A stretch of 32,000 nucleotides of DNA from Candidatus Saccharimonadota bacterium (GCA_963718585.1 OY970357.1:990001-1022000); one strand, 5' to 3'; shown: positions 1 to 9,458, numbered from the stretch's first letter. Made by a program: numbers and translations. The notes: a model not told the origin generated them from the sequence alone.

Positions 1-2391
1 GACCGTGATCGTGCTTACGACGACGGGATTCGTCGGATCCGCGAGATCGACCACAGAAACCGTTCCATCCCCCGAATTCGTGATATATGCATACCGTCCG
101 CTCAAGGCGACTCGGGACGGGGTTGAACCAACAGCTACCGTCGCCGTCAGGACCGGATCCGTCGAGCTCGCGATATCGACCACGGCCAAAGTGCTGGAAC
201 CGCTGTTGACGACATAGGCGTACTCACCGGAGTACGCGACATCCGTCGGAGCCGCGCCGCTCCCGAGGGACAACGTGCCAAGAACGGATGCATCCGTGGG
301 ATCAGAACTCAGAATCATGAATGAATCGGATCCGTAACCCGTGACCAGGAGCTCGGGACCGTCTGCCGCAACCCCACGGGGGATCGTCCCACCACTGAAC
401 GTCGTCGATGACGCGATGAAGGGTGCGCTTGGTTTGGAAATATCGACGACGTTGAGTTTATCACCATCAAGAGTGATATACGCGTACTGCCCCTGGATCG
501 CGACACGTCGAGGATCCGTCATCCCAATGCCCGTAAGCACCGTCGGCGTCGAGGGGTCTGCAAGATCCATCGTTGCGATCGTTACGGCATTTTGGGCGGT
601 GATGACCGCAACGCGCTCCGTGACGGCGATATCCGTGGTGCCGATCGACGAGTAGGTGAATGCCCCGAGCGCCTCCGGCTTCGACGGGTCGGTGATGTCG
701 TAGGTCTGGATCGTATTTGTCGCGGCCAAGTAACCGAACGTTCCTTTCGGGACGAACTTCACTGGAAATGTCGCGGCCGCTGTGGTCGTCACGGTCGTGA
801 ACGATTGTCCCGTCTCCAAGATGTTCTGGACGTTTCCGACGACAGTCAGTTTTGCGGCTGACGACGTCGCTGTGCCGATCACGACACGCGTGTCCGTGTT
901 GTACCCAAAATAAGCGGTCGAGACACCCGTTGTGCCGCCGGACAGGTCGAAGTAGATCGGCGCGCCTGCCGTCGAGGTATCCGCCGCGCCAAGGACGACA
1001 TCCGTGGTCGCCGTCGCATTGTGCACGAAGTCCCCGGACGCATCATATGTCCAATTGAGGTCGAATCCCCCACTTGAGGCCGTGCAGTTCGTCCCGTCCG
1101 CAAGACAGACGAGCTGACCTTGGACCGTCAACGATGAACCCGATGCAGAAGTGAAGGCGAGTGTCGTCGCCGTCGCCTCGGTCGCGGTGAGGAAACTCGA
1201 TGTCAGATTGGTCACGACCCCATTCGTCGCGAACAGGTTCGTCGTTGTTGCAGATGTACCGGTTGCAAAGGTATAGGTCAAAGTCTGAAGATCTGCCGTT
1301 CCGGTCGATGTCAACCGGCTTCCCACAAGGACCCCCCCATATGCGTAGATCAGATCCGTCGTATTGTCTCCATTGTCTGTGATCGTTTGGAGTGTCGCGG
1401 TCGTCGCCGGCGCGCCGCCTGTGATCGCCGTCCCGTTGACGTAGAGATTCGTCGTCGAGACCGTGGTCGCCCCCAACCAACTCGATGTTGCGTTCGTAAA
1501 CACCGCGTTGGTCGATGAGACGGTCGTCGCAATGACGTTCGTCGACGTCACCGTCCCGACATTGAGCCCAAGCCATCGCAAGCTGGCCGAACCGAGCGAA
1601 TAGGTCAGATCCGCCACTGGCAAGACATCCGTGTTGATGTGCCCATTCAGCGCGATCAGATCAGACGCACCGGAACCCAAGGTCGTACTCCCCTGGATAT
1701 CGAGATTTCCGGTAGACGTGACGCTGCCATTCCGGGAAATACTGAACACATTGGTCGCCCCAGCGAATCCTTGAACGAGGAAGTCATTACTGTCCGACGT
1801 CCCATCCGTCTGTACGACGAGCGCGGTCCGGGTCGCGGCCGCGGCATCGGCGGTCGTTTGATGGACCGCAAAGAGGGATCCACCCGCGGACGTGATCGAA
1901 GATGACGCGTATTGGCCCTGCAACTGTTCTGCGTTGAATGCATTTGGGACGGACGAAAGACGCTTTCGGGGCGTCATTTCCGAATCCGAGCCGACGGTCA
2001 CCCCCAGATACAGTCCATCCTGGTTCCAATCAATGTCGAACGCGTTCTGCCCTTGGAAGCTCGTATCCCCAAGGAGGATGGAGAACAAACCACTGGAGAC
2101 ATCGACATTGATCGAGGTCGGAACTGCCGTGGTCCCGGATGCGGTCCAGATCGGCGTTCCCCCGCTCGCCTGTGTATAGACCGAGAATTTGATGGCGTAT
2201 GAGCCATCCGCGACATTTGTTCCTCCGGATGAAAGGAGTCGGCCTTGGTAGTTGAAAAAGTGAGGGATCCCATTAGCCGCTGAAGCAGGCGTTGCCGTGA
2301 TAAGAACGAGGCTCAACAAACACAAAAGTCCATAGCCTAACCTATGTTTGAGATTCCTTAATACCTGTGATGTGGGCAAGGTGTTTTTCAT
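1..2391 (-). CDS. Large secreted repeat protein, 3'-truncated by the window edge. It has a signal peptide, a tail-fibre/adhesin-like N-domain and LVIVD-type beta-propeller repeats.
   Basis: It is absent from the ORF track because it has no stop inside the window. I read plus-strand triplets 1-3, 4-6 ... 2389-2391 and found no TTA/CTA/TCA, giving 797 uninterrupted minus-strand codons from the ATG at 2391-2389. The translation starts MKNTLPTSQVLRNLKHRLGYGLLCLLSLVLITATPASA (signal peptide), then IPHFFNYQGRLLSSGG. Toward position 1 there are repeated units YAYITLDGDKLNVVDISKPSAP, YAYVVNSGSSTLAVVDIASSTDP and YAYITNSGDGTVSVVDLADPTNP, which fit the LVIVD-repeat pattern. Confidence 0.85.
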   Translation of the reverse strand, partial: MKNTLPTSQVLRNLKHRLGYGLLCLLSLVLITATPASAANGIPHFFNYQGRLLSSGGTNVADGSYAIKFSVYTQASGGTPIWTASGTTAVPTSINVDVSSGLFSILLGDTSFQGQNAFDIDWNQDGLYLGVTVGSDSEMTPRKRLSSVPNAFNAEQLQGQYASSSITSAGGSLFAVHQTTADAAAATRTALVVQTDGTSDSNDFLVQGFAGATNVFSISRNGSVTSTGNLDIQGSTTLGSGASDLIALNGHINTDVLPVADLTYSLGSASLRWLGLNVGTVTSTNVIATTVSSTNAVFTNATSSWLGATTVSTTNLYVNGTAITGGAPATTATLQTITDNGDNTTDLIYAYGGVLVGSRLTSTGTADLQTLTYTFATGTSATTTNLFATNGVVTNLTSSFLTATEATATTLAFTSASGSSLTVQGQLVCLADGTNCTASSGGFDLNWTYDASGDFVHNATATTDVVLGAADTSTAGAPIYFDLSGGTTGVSTAYFGYNTDTRVVIGTATSSAAKLTVVGNVQNILETGQSFTTVTTTAAATFPVKFVPKGTFGYLAATNTIQTYDITDPSKPEALGAFTYSSIGTTDIAVTERVAVITAQNAVTIATMDLADPSTPTVLTGIGMTDPRRVAIQGQYAYITLDGDKLNVVDISKPSAPFIASSTTFSGGTIPRGVAADGPELLVTGYGSDSFMILSSDPTDASVLGTLSLGSGAAPTDVAYSGEYAYVVNSGSSTLAVVDIASSTDPVLTATVAVGSTPSRVALSGRYAYITNSGDGTVSVVDLADPTNPVVVSTITV

Positions 2392-2489
2392 GCCTTCATC
2401 ACCACACAAAAGATCATATGTGGTTCTGTATTTGGCGTTTGGCTCTCCGAACGAACAAAGCCCAACGTCACTTCATATGGTACCAGTAA

Positions 2490-2513
2490 CAAAAATTCGC
2501 TCAGTAGAGCGAA
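2490..2513 (-). terminator. Rho-independent terminator downstream of the 1088-aa gene
   Basis: On the minus strand: stem TTCGCTC, loop TACT, stem GAGCGAA, then TTTTTG. In plus coordinates the stems are 2496-2502 and 2507-2513 and the A-run is 2491-2495. Confidence 0.6.
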
Positions 2514-2548
2514 CTTTTATAAATACCGTCCTGTGGAAAAACTGTGTA

Positions 2549-5500
2549 CTAAAGTGGAGTGAGTGAAATATTCTGGTCAACTAAGCCCTCATCTTTGTTG
2601 CTGAGATCGATATCTGGACTCCGGTACGGTTTGTATTGTGCCTTCTGCGCAGTCAGATAATAGACGTTCCGTCGAACGAAGAAGCCGTACTTTCCATTTG
2701 CATCCGTAACCTGTGTCTCCAAAAGCTTGTTGAATTTTTTATCGAAGATGCGCACGATAACTCGATCCAATGGTTTCCGCGTCTTGGCATCGAATGTGAC
2801 ACCCCAGCTCTTCGCCTTTGCGGGCAAAGCCAAACGACGGAAAAGCAGATAGATACCGACTTGTGCCATCACCAAAAGAGCATTCAGAAGCGAAGGACTG
2901 ATGACGAGGACCACCATACCCAGCAAAACCCCGCTGAACGCCACTCCGTGTCGTAACCGCCGTGCGAATTTCTGCCACAATATCTTCCGCGGCGTCTCTT
3001 CTGCCGTCACCGGATCCAGCGGAATGTTCATGGCGATCACTTCACCCTCCGTTCGCTCCATGGGAGCGCCATGATAGAGGTCCGTATAATCAACGTCTTC
3101 CTTATGCCCGGTAAGATAACTCGTTGGGAAGACAAAACCAGGCTTGACGACCTCGAGAAGGTATCGCCCTGCATGAACGACAAACCAGTATCGTCCGAAT
3201 TTATCTGTGACTCGCGTCTGCAGGACGATCCGTGTTTGCGCATCCAGTAAACGAACGATCGCCAGCTTCACCGGCTCTTTTGTCAACGAGTTATAGATCG
3301 TTCCCCACTTCCGCTTACGACGACGCTCAAACAGCAGAAGCGGCTGTGTGAAAAGATACTGGAGATATGCAAGGAGGTTGAAGAGGGAAAGGGATGCCGC
3401 CGCATTGGCAAGAACGGCGATCATGATCAACGGGGCGGCGATGGCATTCGCCGCCTGGACCGCGGGCGATTGAAGCGTTTGACGGATCAGCTGAACGCCA
3501 TAAGAGGTTTGCGAGGCGAGGTTCGTGACAGCTGCGGCTACTCGTTCCGCTAAAGTCGACGTCGCGGTGAGCACTGGCACGACGGGGATCTTGATCAATG
3601 AGACCTGCTGATTGAAAACATTGTCTCCGATCTGGGTGGGCACCGTCACCGCTGTGCGATATCCATCATGTTGTACCTCTATGTAGTAGCGGCCATTCGG
3701 GACCGTAAACCCGTACGCGCCATTCGCGTCTGCCGTTGCACTCCCATATGGGGTCCACACGCCATTCACGTCTCGGTAGAGCTGGATCTGAGCACCTGGG
3801 ACCGTCGTACCCGTCGGACCTGTAAGACCCTCTTCCACCACCGTGCCTGCGGACTTGGCTACGAGCGTATTTGAAACGATCGCCTGCCCCCCACCACTGA
3901 ACTGGACCGTGACGTTCGATGGATAGACCCCCGCAGAAGGGACCACGAAGATCCCACGATAGTCCGTGCCATTCGGTCCAGGCTGAAGGGCATATAGCGA
4001 CCCACCCACATTCAGCGTCATGGACGTCGGTGTCTGCCCGATCCCCGCAAGCGGCACGATCACCTGGATCTCTGATCCAGAGAGAGCACTGATGTTCCCG
4101 TTCACATCAGGCACGAGCTGGATCGACCCGTTGTTCCCGTAGTAGTAGACCGCGACATCCACCGTCACCGTCGAGCCTGCCGGGGTCGGAGTCGGACCGA
4201 CCGGTGGTACCGATGGAGGTGTCGGCGGCTGCGTGGCTGGCGAGGGGGGTGCAGGGGGTGTCGACGTTGGCGTAACGACCGGAGAAACACCGTTCGGCGT
4301 TGCCTGTGCAAGCGCGCCCGATGCGAAGTTACTATTCGTATCATAGGCGTATGCGCCGTAGAGATACGTCACGCCGTTGGTCAAGCCGGTATCCACCGTC
4401 GAGGCGCCTGTCCCATCGTACACAAGGATCCCATCGAATGGTCCGGTCGGGTAACTCCCTGTCTTGCGTAAGATCTTTGTGCCCGCAAAGTCTGCATCCG
4501 GCGGTAAACTCCATGAAAGAGACACGGTGGTATCACCCGGGACCGCCGTCAGATTAGAGACATTCGCCGGCGGCGTCACATCGCCACTGGTCGTGAAGGT
4601 CCCATCAGAGCTGTTCGTCGTATTCCCCGCGACATCAGAAGAACGAACGAAAAAATGATATCCGGTCAAAGGACTTAAGCCGTTCAACTGGACCGCGTGG
4701 GTCGTCACATACCCGGTCGTATTCGCGGTGAAACCGTATGATACGGTCGTCCCATAAAAAACATCAGACGTGGATGGTTCATTCGTCGACCACGTTACGA
4801 GCGCAGACGTCTCTGTGATGTTCGTGACCTGGATGTTCGAGATCACCGGAGGCGTCGTATCCCCAAGCGTCGTAAAGGTCTGGTCGGACGAGACCGCTGT
4901 CAAAGATGTCGAATCCGTTGACTGGACATAGAAATGATAGACCATCGACGGCGTAAGACCGGTCAGGTCAAGCGCGTGATTCACGACGAGCGTTCCATCA
5001 GACACCGTCCCGCTCGCATAGCTCGTCGTCTGTCCGTATGAAACGGAGGAATTCGCCGGCTTATCCGTGACCCACGTGATGTGCGCGGAATTCGATGTGA
5101 TGTTCGTGACCTGGATGTTCGAGATCACGGGAGGAGATGAACCTCCCGTACCGCCGCCCGTGCTCCCTCCGCACGTCGTACACGGTGGGGTGGTCGTCGC
5201 CGATGGAACGACGGCGGAAACGGTGACGGAATCATTGTCGATGATCGCGATGCCTATTGTCGACGTATCTCCGAACGTCCCACCGATCGTCTCATATGCC
5301 GGACCAGCGGTACCCGGGTTGACCATCTGATGAGAGCCCCCGGCATTCAGACCGATCCGCACCGTGATGCGATCATTTGAAGGGATCGAACCGGGTGCAC
5401 TATCCGTCGGTGCGGTAAGCGTGACCGTCGTTCCACTGATCCCGACACCCCAGGTACCCGCGGCCGGGACGGCCGCGACGGAGGTCGTATGTTCGTTTCC

Positions 5501-5815
5501 AGTCACACCCCACAAAAGACTGACGTCGCTCGACGTCAGTGTGGACAGATCAAATCCCGAAAAGGTCAATACGATCGTGTCCGACGATGCATCGATCCCG
5601 GAAGGTGTTTTAAAAAGGAGTTCGTGGTTTGCCGCGGTACTGACCTTCAAACGGCTCAACGTATCGCTTGCAGGTGTTGCGAGCGCCGCAGAGATGCTCC
5701 GAGCGATCAACGCAAAAACAACGATACTCAAGATCGTCCCTGCGATTCGAATACGTGGGCGCTTCACGAAAAAATAACGGCCCCTGACTTCAGGAGCCGC
5801 CACGCCCCCTGACAC
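2549..5815 (-). CDS. Large surface/membrane protein with an N-terminal signal anchor, three FN3-like modules, a Pro-rich linker, and three CarboxypepD_reg-like beta-sandwich domains interleaved with TM helices
   Basis: 1088-aa ORF. Signal anchor: ILSIVVFALIARSISAALA. FN3-like modules: PPVISNIQVTNITSNSAHITWVTD..., PPVISNIQVTNITETSALVTWSTN..., PPANVSNLTAVPGDTTVSLSWSLPP.... Pro-rich linker: TPTSTPPAPPSPATQPPTPPSVPPVGPTPTP. CarboxypepD_reg-like segments: GAQIQLYRDVNGVWTPYGSATADANGAYGFTVPNGRYYIEV, AIVRLLDAQTRIVLQTRVTDKFGRYWFVVHAGRYLLEV and VIVRIFDKKFNKLLETQVTDANGKYGFFVRRNVYYLTA. These are separated by hydrophobic stretches such as APLIMIAVLANAAASLSLFNLLAYL and VAFSGVLLGMVVLVISPSLLNALLVMAQVGIYLLF. 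The start codon is uncertain. Confidence 0.85.
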   Translation of the reverse strand: MSGGVAAPEVRGRYFFVKRPRIRIAGTILSIVVFALIARSISAALATPASDTLSRLKVSTAANHELLFKTPSGIDASSDTIVLTFSGFDLSTLTSSDVSLLWGVTGNEHTTSVAAVPAAGTWGVGISGTTVTLTAPTDSAPGSIPSNDRITVRIGLNAGGSHQMVNPGTAGPAYETIGGTFGDTSTIGIAIIDNDSVTVSAVVPSATTTPPCTTCGGSTGGGTGGSSPPVISNIQVTNITSNSAHITWVTDKPANSSVSYGQTTSYASGTVSDGTLVVNHALDLTGLTPSMVYHFYVQSTDSTSLTAVSSDQTFTTLGDTTPPVISNIQVTNITETSALVTWSTNEPSTSDVFYGTTVSYGFTANTTGYVTTHAVQLNGLSPLTGYHFFVRSSDVAGNTTNSSDGTFTTSGDVTPPANVSNLTAVPGDTTVSLSWSLPPDADFAGTKILRKTGSYPTGPFDGILVYDGTGASTVDTGLTNGVTYLYGAYAYDTNSNFASGALAQATPNGVSPVVTPTSTPPAPPSPATQPPTPPSVPPVGPTPTPAGSTVTVDVAVYYYGNNGSIQLVPDVNGNISALSGSEIQVIVPLAGIGQTPTSMTLNVGGSLYALQPGPNGTDYRGIFVVPSAGVYPSNVTVQFSGGGQAIVSNTLVAKSAGTVVEEGLTGPTGTTVPGAQIQLYRDVNGVWTPYGSATADANGAYGFTVPNGRYYIEVQHDGYRTAVTVPTQIGDNVFNQQVSLIKIPVVPVLTATSTLAERVAAAVTNLASQTSYGVQLIRQTLQSPAVQAANAIAAPLIMIAVLANAAASLSLFNLLAYLQYLFTQPLLLFERRRKRKWGTIYNSLTKEPVKLAIVRLLDAQTRIVLQTRVTDKFGRYWFVVHAGRYLLEVVKPGFVFPTSYLTGHKEDVDYTDLYHGAPMERTEGEVIAMNIPLDPVTAEETPRKILWQKFARRLRHGVAFSGVLLGMVVLVISPSLLNALLVMAQVGIYLLFRRLALPAKAKSWGVTFDAKTRKPLDRVIVRIFDKKFNKLLETQVTDANGKYGFFVRRNVYYLTAQKAQYKPYRSPDIDLSNKDEGLVDQNISLTPL

Positions 5816-5843
5816 ACGTCAGGGGGACAAACGGACCTTGAGG

Positions 5844-6920
5844 TCACTTCTTTGATTCTTCTTTTTTCTTTGCTTTACTGACTGCACCCTTGATGACCAT
5901 CGCATTATACCCCTTGATCAAGAGAAGGAGGAGAATGAATGCCGCGAGGATGAGAAGGAAGAGCCTCCACGGAAAGATCCAGAACGAAACCGTCGCATTC
6001 AAGGGAGCGTGCGCGCTCCCATACGTCCCTTCAAGTGTCGCTGTATATTTCCCGATCCCGAAGCCACTCCACTCTGCAGCCAATTGGTCAAAGAATCCTC
6101 CTGACTTTGCATACGAGTTCCCCCATTCTGTACGGACACGGCGAATGCTGTTCGGGAGGACACGGCTCCCCTGAGGATTCGCCGACACTTCACCGACCGT
6201 ACTCCCGAACATATTTTTGATGACCACTTTCCCTCCAAGCGCGAAATGGACGCTCCCTTCATTTTGAATACGCGTCTCAAACAATGCCGGAAGATGGTCG
6301 ATCTCGGAAACAGGCGTCTCATGCTCCGGGTCAGCCGCACTCATCACGCTGAATGATTCAACGGTCGCCTGCTCATGAATGTCACCATTGACCGTGACCA
6401 GCAGCAATACACCCGTCTTAGCCCCAACGCCGACGGCCGTAGCCCCTTGTTCCGATGGCGGAATGGTCGAGAAGAACACGGCGGCATAGTGACCGCCTGG
6501 TTCGGCATCTTTCGGAAGAGAGATCGCAAAAGCGAAATCTCTCGACTCCCCTGCCTTGAGCGTCACCGATGGTTGATCAAGAGCGACCCATGAGACCAAG
6601 CCGCTCGTATCCGTCTCCGGCATGAAGCGCTGTTGCCCCTCTTCTCCATATGGGACGAAATTTTGGACCGTTGCGTAATAGGTCTGTTCCCCATTCGAGT
6701 CATTCGTCAGGTGTAAGACCTCTTGCGCCCTACCGCCTGGATCAAGACGCTCCTCAAGGAGAACTGGTGAGACCGCAAATGCATGTGCGGCCAAGGGGAA
6801 AAGAAGCGGACTCGCAAAAAGGAACAGAACGGCGATACGACGTCGGAGTTCGGACATATATGGAGGTGAACGAATCAATTCTGCAGTTCTGACGCCGGAA
6901 GACCCGGCGTCAGTCAGCAA
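5844..6920 (-). CDS. Secreted cell-surface protein resembling DUF916/DUF3324 (CscA-like), with a C-terminal TM anchor and basic tail
   Basis: 358-aa ORF. The likely true start is the internal ATG at 6857, giving MSELRRRIAVLFLFASPLLFPLAAHA as a signal peptide. The body is FAVSPVLLEERLDPGGRAQEVLHLTNDSNGEQTYYATVQNF...VSWVALDQPSVTLKAGESRDFAFAISLPKDAEPGGHYAAVFFS. The C-terminus is WRLFLLILAAFILLLLLIKG followed by KAKKKEESKK. The family assignment is from recalled pattern similarity, not from a search. Confidence 0.8.
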   Translation of the reverse strand: MLTDAGSSGVRTAELIRSPPYMSELRRRIAVLFLFASPLLFPLAAHAFAVSPVLLEERLDPGGRAQEVLHLTNDSNGEQTYYATVQNFVPYGEEGQQRFMPETDTSGLVSWVALDQPSVTLKAGESRDFAFAISLPKDAEPGGHYAAVFFSTIPPSEQGATAVGVGAKTGVLLLVTVNGDIHEQATVESFSVMSAADPEHETPVSEIDHLPALFETRIQNEGSVHFALGGKVVIKNMFGSTVGEVSANPQGSRVLPNSIRRVRTEWGNSYAKSGGFFDQLAAEWSGFGIGKYTATLEGTYGSAHAPLNATVSFWIFPWRLFLLILAAFILLLLLIKGYNAMVIKGAVSKAKKKEESKK

Positions 6921-6926
6921 GATCGA

Positions 6927-8006
6927 CTAGAAGGAGGCCGTGACCGTATAGGTCACTGTCTGCTGGTAGTTACCTGCAGGAGTACTTGCACTCATAGCTG
7001 CCGCGTGTTCGACAAGTGTCGTCGCAGTGGTCGATGGGGCTGCACCCGCCGTGAACGCACCTCCGTAGGAGATGAAGTTCTGCGCCGTCGATGTCGGGAC
7101 CGGCGATGAGTCCACATCGAACGTGTACCCAACCGGCGAATCTTCAACGACCGGCTGGTCGAAGGCAGAGGTATCCGTAGTCGAACGTCCGCCCTGTGTC
7201 GCTCCAGTCAGTGTCTGGATCCCATAGGATTCCGAACCTGAGCTAAAGGCGGTGTCATTCGTGATGTCCGTCATGGTTGCACTCCCCGAACCCAGGTCGT
7301 GATCTGCGAGGATCTGGGCCTGGAAACCATTCGCGGCATTCGTCGCGATGCGCAATCGATACTGACAGGTGCTCACAGACGAGAGAGAAAGGGTCCCCAG
7401 GTCACACGAGTTGGTGTTCGACGTGTCCGCAGCGTTGCGGATGACGAATGAAAGCGTGGCCGGAACGTTTGCCGTCACATTCACCTGGTTGCCACCGTTC
7501 GCATAGAACAGCGCAGCGCCGAAGTCCGCCGGGTTGGAGGTGAAGACGGAGAACGAGTAGTTGGTCGACGTCGTACCGTTGAAAGTGAACCCCAACGGGA
7601 CCGAGTAGGTCGTTGCGGTATTATCCGTCGTGGTCGCCACGGTGAAGGTAATGTCGAACGTGCTACCCGTGGAGCTTGCGGTGTATTGGGTATCCGTTCC
7701 ACCAGGACCATCGATAGGTCCGGTAACGCCATCAAGATTGAAGTCGGATGAACCCGTCACATAGTAATCCGTGAGCGGAGTGAGACCGCTATCAAGACCA
7801 GCAGCGACGCTGATCGTGATCGTGGTACCCGTCGCATAGGTCGTCCCTGCGGCCTTTGTCCAACTTAACGTAACGGATTGCGGGGAGGTCGAGCTCGACG
7901 AGGGCGTGAGCGTGACCGTCACACCCTCTGCTCCGACCGGCATGACGGCAAATGCCGTGCCGAACAGCAGCGCGATGCTGGCGATCGATGAAATGAACTT
8001 TCTCAT
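6927..8006 (-). CDS. Secreted Thr/Ser-rich surface protein, WxL-like paralog A
   Basis: 359-aa ORF with signal peptide MRKFISSIASIALLFGTAFAVMPVGA. It has low-complexity T/S/G-rich beta-type sequence. The C-terminus STPAGNYQQTVTYTVTASF is shared with the next gene. Confidence 0.8.
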   Translation of the reverse strand: MRKFISSIASIALLFGTAFAVMPVGAEGVTVTLTPSSSSTSPQSVTLSWTKAAGTTYATGTTITISVAAGLDSGLTPLTDYYVTGSSDFNLDGVTGPIDGPGGTDTQYTASSTGSTFDITFTVATTTDNTATTYSVPLGFTFNGTTSTNYSFSVFTSNPADFGAALFYANGGNQVNVTANVPATLSFVIRNAADTSNTNSCDLGTLSLSSVSTCQYRLRIATNAANGFQAQILADHDLGSGSATMTDITNDTAFSSGSESYGIQTLTGATQGGRSTTDTSAFDQPVVEDSPVGYTFDVDSSPVPTSTAQNFISYGGAFTAGAAPSTTATTLVEHAAAMSASTPAGNYQQTVTYTVTASF

Positions 8007-8164
8007 AAAAATATGATCGATGATGTGTTATTTTGCGTGTTATTTTATTTCATGACCACGGCCCTGCATTCCGCGATCGTCGAGCCCGGACTTCGAAGAG
8101 CTTCTTGCTCTTTGATCGAAGAACGGCGAACGGACACATTCAATGTCCGATCGTCGTGACTCGA

Positions 8165-9085
8165 TCAGTAATTGGCTGTCAAAGTGTAAAAGACCGTCTG
8201 ACCGTAATTACCTGCTGGCGTAGAAACCGTCACTGACGCTTTATACACGAGCGCTACGCCTTCGTTTCCACTCGTTGATGATGCGGAGCTTTGTATCGTA
8301 TGTACACTTGTCGAGAACCCAAAGTCCGTACCTGCACCGACCGCCTGATCACCGATGACACTAGCTCCGTACTCTTCTGAACCGATCGTCACAGACCCAT
8401 CCGTGACGTTCGTAATGGAGTTTGATCCATCTCGAAAGTCACCATCGTCTGAAACGTCAACAGTATACCCGTTTTGTGCATTCGATGTCACTCTGGTACC
8501 CGTCAAGGAGGACTTCCCTGTACTTGGACTCAATGTGCCAAGTTCCGCAGAAGCACCATTCATGCGGTAAACAGAGTCATTTCCACCACTCGGGACCGCA
8601 CTTAATGAACTCGGTTCCCCTTGCCAGTTATCCACAGTCAAGAGCGTCCCAACGATGTCCGTGATCTTTCCAAATGCGACTTTTTCATTTAACCCAACAT
8701 CCTCAACAACACCCACCAGATCACCGATGGCATACCCAGAAGCTGAGGAAACGGTCACGGTTTTTGCAGATGCATCAAACGCAGAATACGAGACCTGAGT
8801 CGTATTTTCCTGCGTACCGATCTGAAACGATAGATAGGTAAGATCCTGATCCCCCGTTCTATAGCCGGCACTGACCGTATAGTTTGTACTTGATGAAAAA
8901 CCCGTTGCCTGCTCCCCGACCGTATCGCGAAGCAGATAGTTTGTAGACGTCGCAACATCAACCCCTCCTGAATTTACAGAATCCCAATTGATCTGATAAT
9001 TCGAGCTGCCCATAGCCCAAACATGGCCCGATATCAAAACAAGGGCTATCGACAAGCAAGAAGCCAAAATAAAGATCCTTTTCAT
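8165..9085 (-). CDS. Secreted surface protein, WxL-like paralog B
   Basis: The ORF extends to 9124, but that upstream part overlaps the -35 box of a near-consensus promoter. The ATG at 9085 gives MKRIFILASCLSIALVLISGHVWA as a signal peptide. An S(S/T)NY motif recurs three times near the N-terminus (SSNYQINW, STNYLLRD, STNYTVSAGY). The C-terminus is STPAGNYGQTVFYTLTANY. Confidence 0.8.
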   Translation of the reverse strand: MKRIFILASCLSIALVLISGHVWAMGSSNYQINWDSVNSGGVDVATSTNYLLRDTVGEQATGFSSSTNYTVSAGYRTGDQDLTYLSFQIGTQENTTQVSYSAFDASAKTVTVSSASGYAIGDLVGVVEDVGLNEKVAFGKITDIVGTLLTVDNWQGEPSSLSAVPSGGNDSVYRMNGASAELGTLSPSTGKSSLTGTRVTSNAQNGYTVDVSDDGDFRDGSNSITNVTDGSVTIGSEEYGASVIGDQAVGAGTDFGFSTSVHTIQSSASSTSGNEGVALVYKASVTVSTPAGNYGQTVFYTLTANY

Positions 9086-9095
9086 CTGTATTTGA

Positions 9096-9124
9096 ATTAT
9101 ATAACAAATTGGACACTGTTTCAA
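9096..9124 (-). promoter_or_regulatory. Near-consensus sigma70-type promoter of the surface-protein gene cluster
   Basis: Minus strand: TTGAAA (9124-9119), a 17-nt spacer, then TATAAT (9101-9096). The TATAAT ends 10 nt before the ATG at 9085, so the leader would be only a few nt. No SD is present. Confidence 0.6.
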
Positions 9125-9236
9125 AGCTCAATATAGCCAATCATTAAGCTTCGTAAAATATATATTTATGATTCATGAGCTTGTGAGACCACTGTACTTA
9201 CAATTTGTTCAAGTTTAATAACAGTTGAATCACAAT

Positions 9237-9252
9237 TGTTTCACATGAAACA
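9237..9252. promoter_or_regulatory. Palindrome copy 1, candidate operator
   Basis: TGTTTCACATGAAACA. The two arms TGTTTCA/TGAAACA are perfect; the centre is CA rather than CG. Confidence 0.55.
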
Positions 9253-9337
9253 TTTTGCATAAATTAAACATCTGACAAAATAGATACCAAACGTGAATAC
9301 ACTCAAGGAAAGATACAAATCGAAAAATTATCAAAAA

Positions 9338-9353
9338 TGTTTCATGTGAAACA
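9338..9353. promoter_or_regulatory. Palindrome copy 2, candidate operator
   Basis: TGTTTCATGTGAAACA, with the same arms and centre TG. Confidence 0.55.
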
Positions 9354-9440
9354 CTTGGTTTATTCTAAGCAGGGAATTATATCTATGCTCAATAATCAAT
9401 AATGTGTTTCGATCATTAATACTAGATTATTTCGTTTTCA

Positions 9441-9458
9441 ATGTTTCACGTGAAACAT
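9441..9458. promoter_or_regulatory. Palindrome copy 3, candidate operator
   Basis: ATGTTTCACGTGAAACAT, a perfect 18-bp palindrome with a CACGTG core. Confidence 0.6.

Noticed and set aside
1-2391. The ORF track shows only short, overlapping ORFs on both strands here. This first suggested a pseudogene, a recoded region (alternative genetic code), or non-coding repeat DNA.
   Set aside because: Reading plus-strand triplets in register with position 1 shows no reverse-complement stop across all 797 codons. The translation is a coherent signal-peptide protein with LVIVD-type repeats. The ORF was simply omitted because it lacks a stop inside the window. All listed small ORFs in 5-2273 are wrong-frame artefacts.
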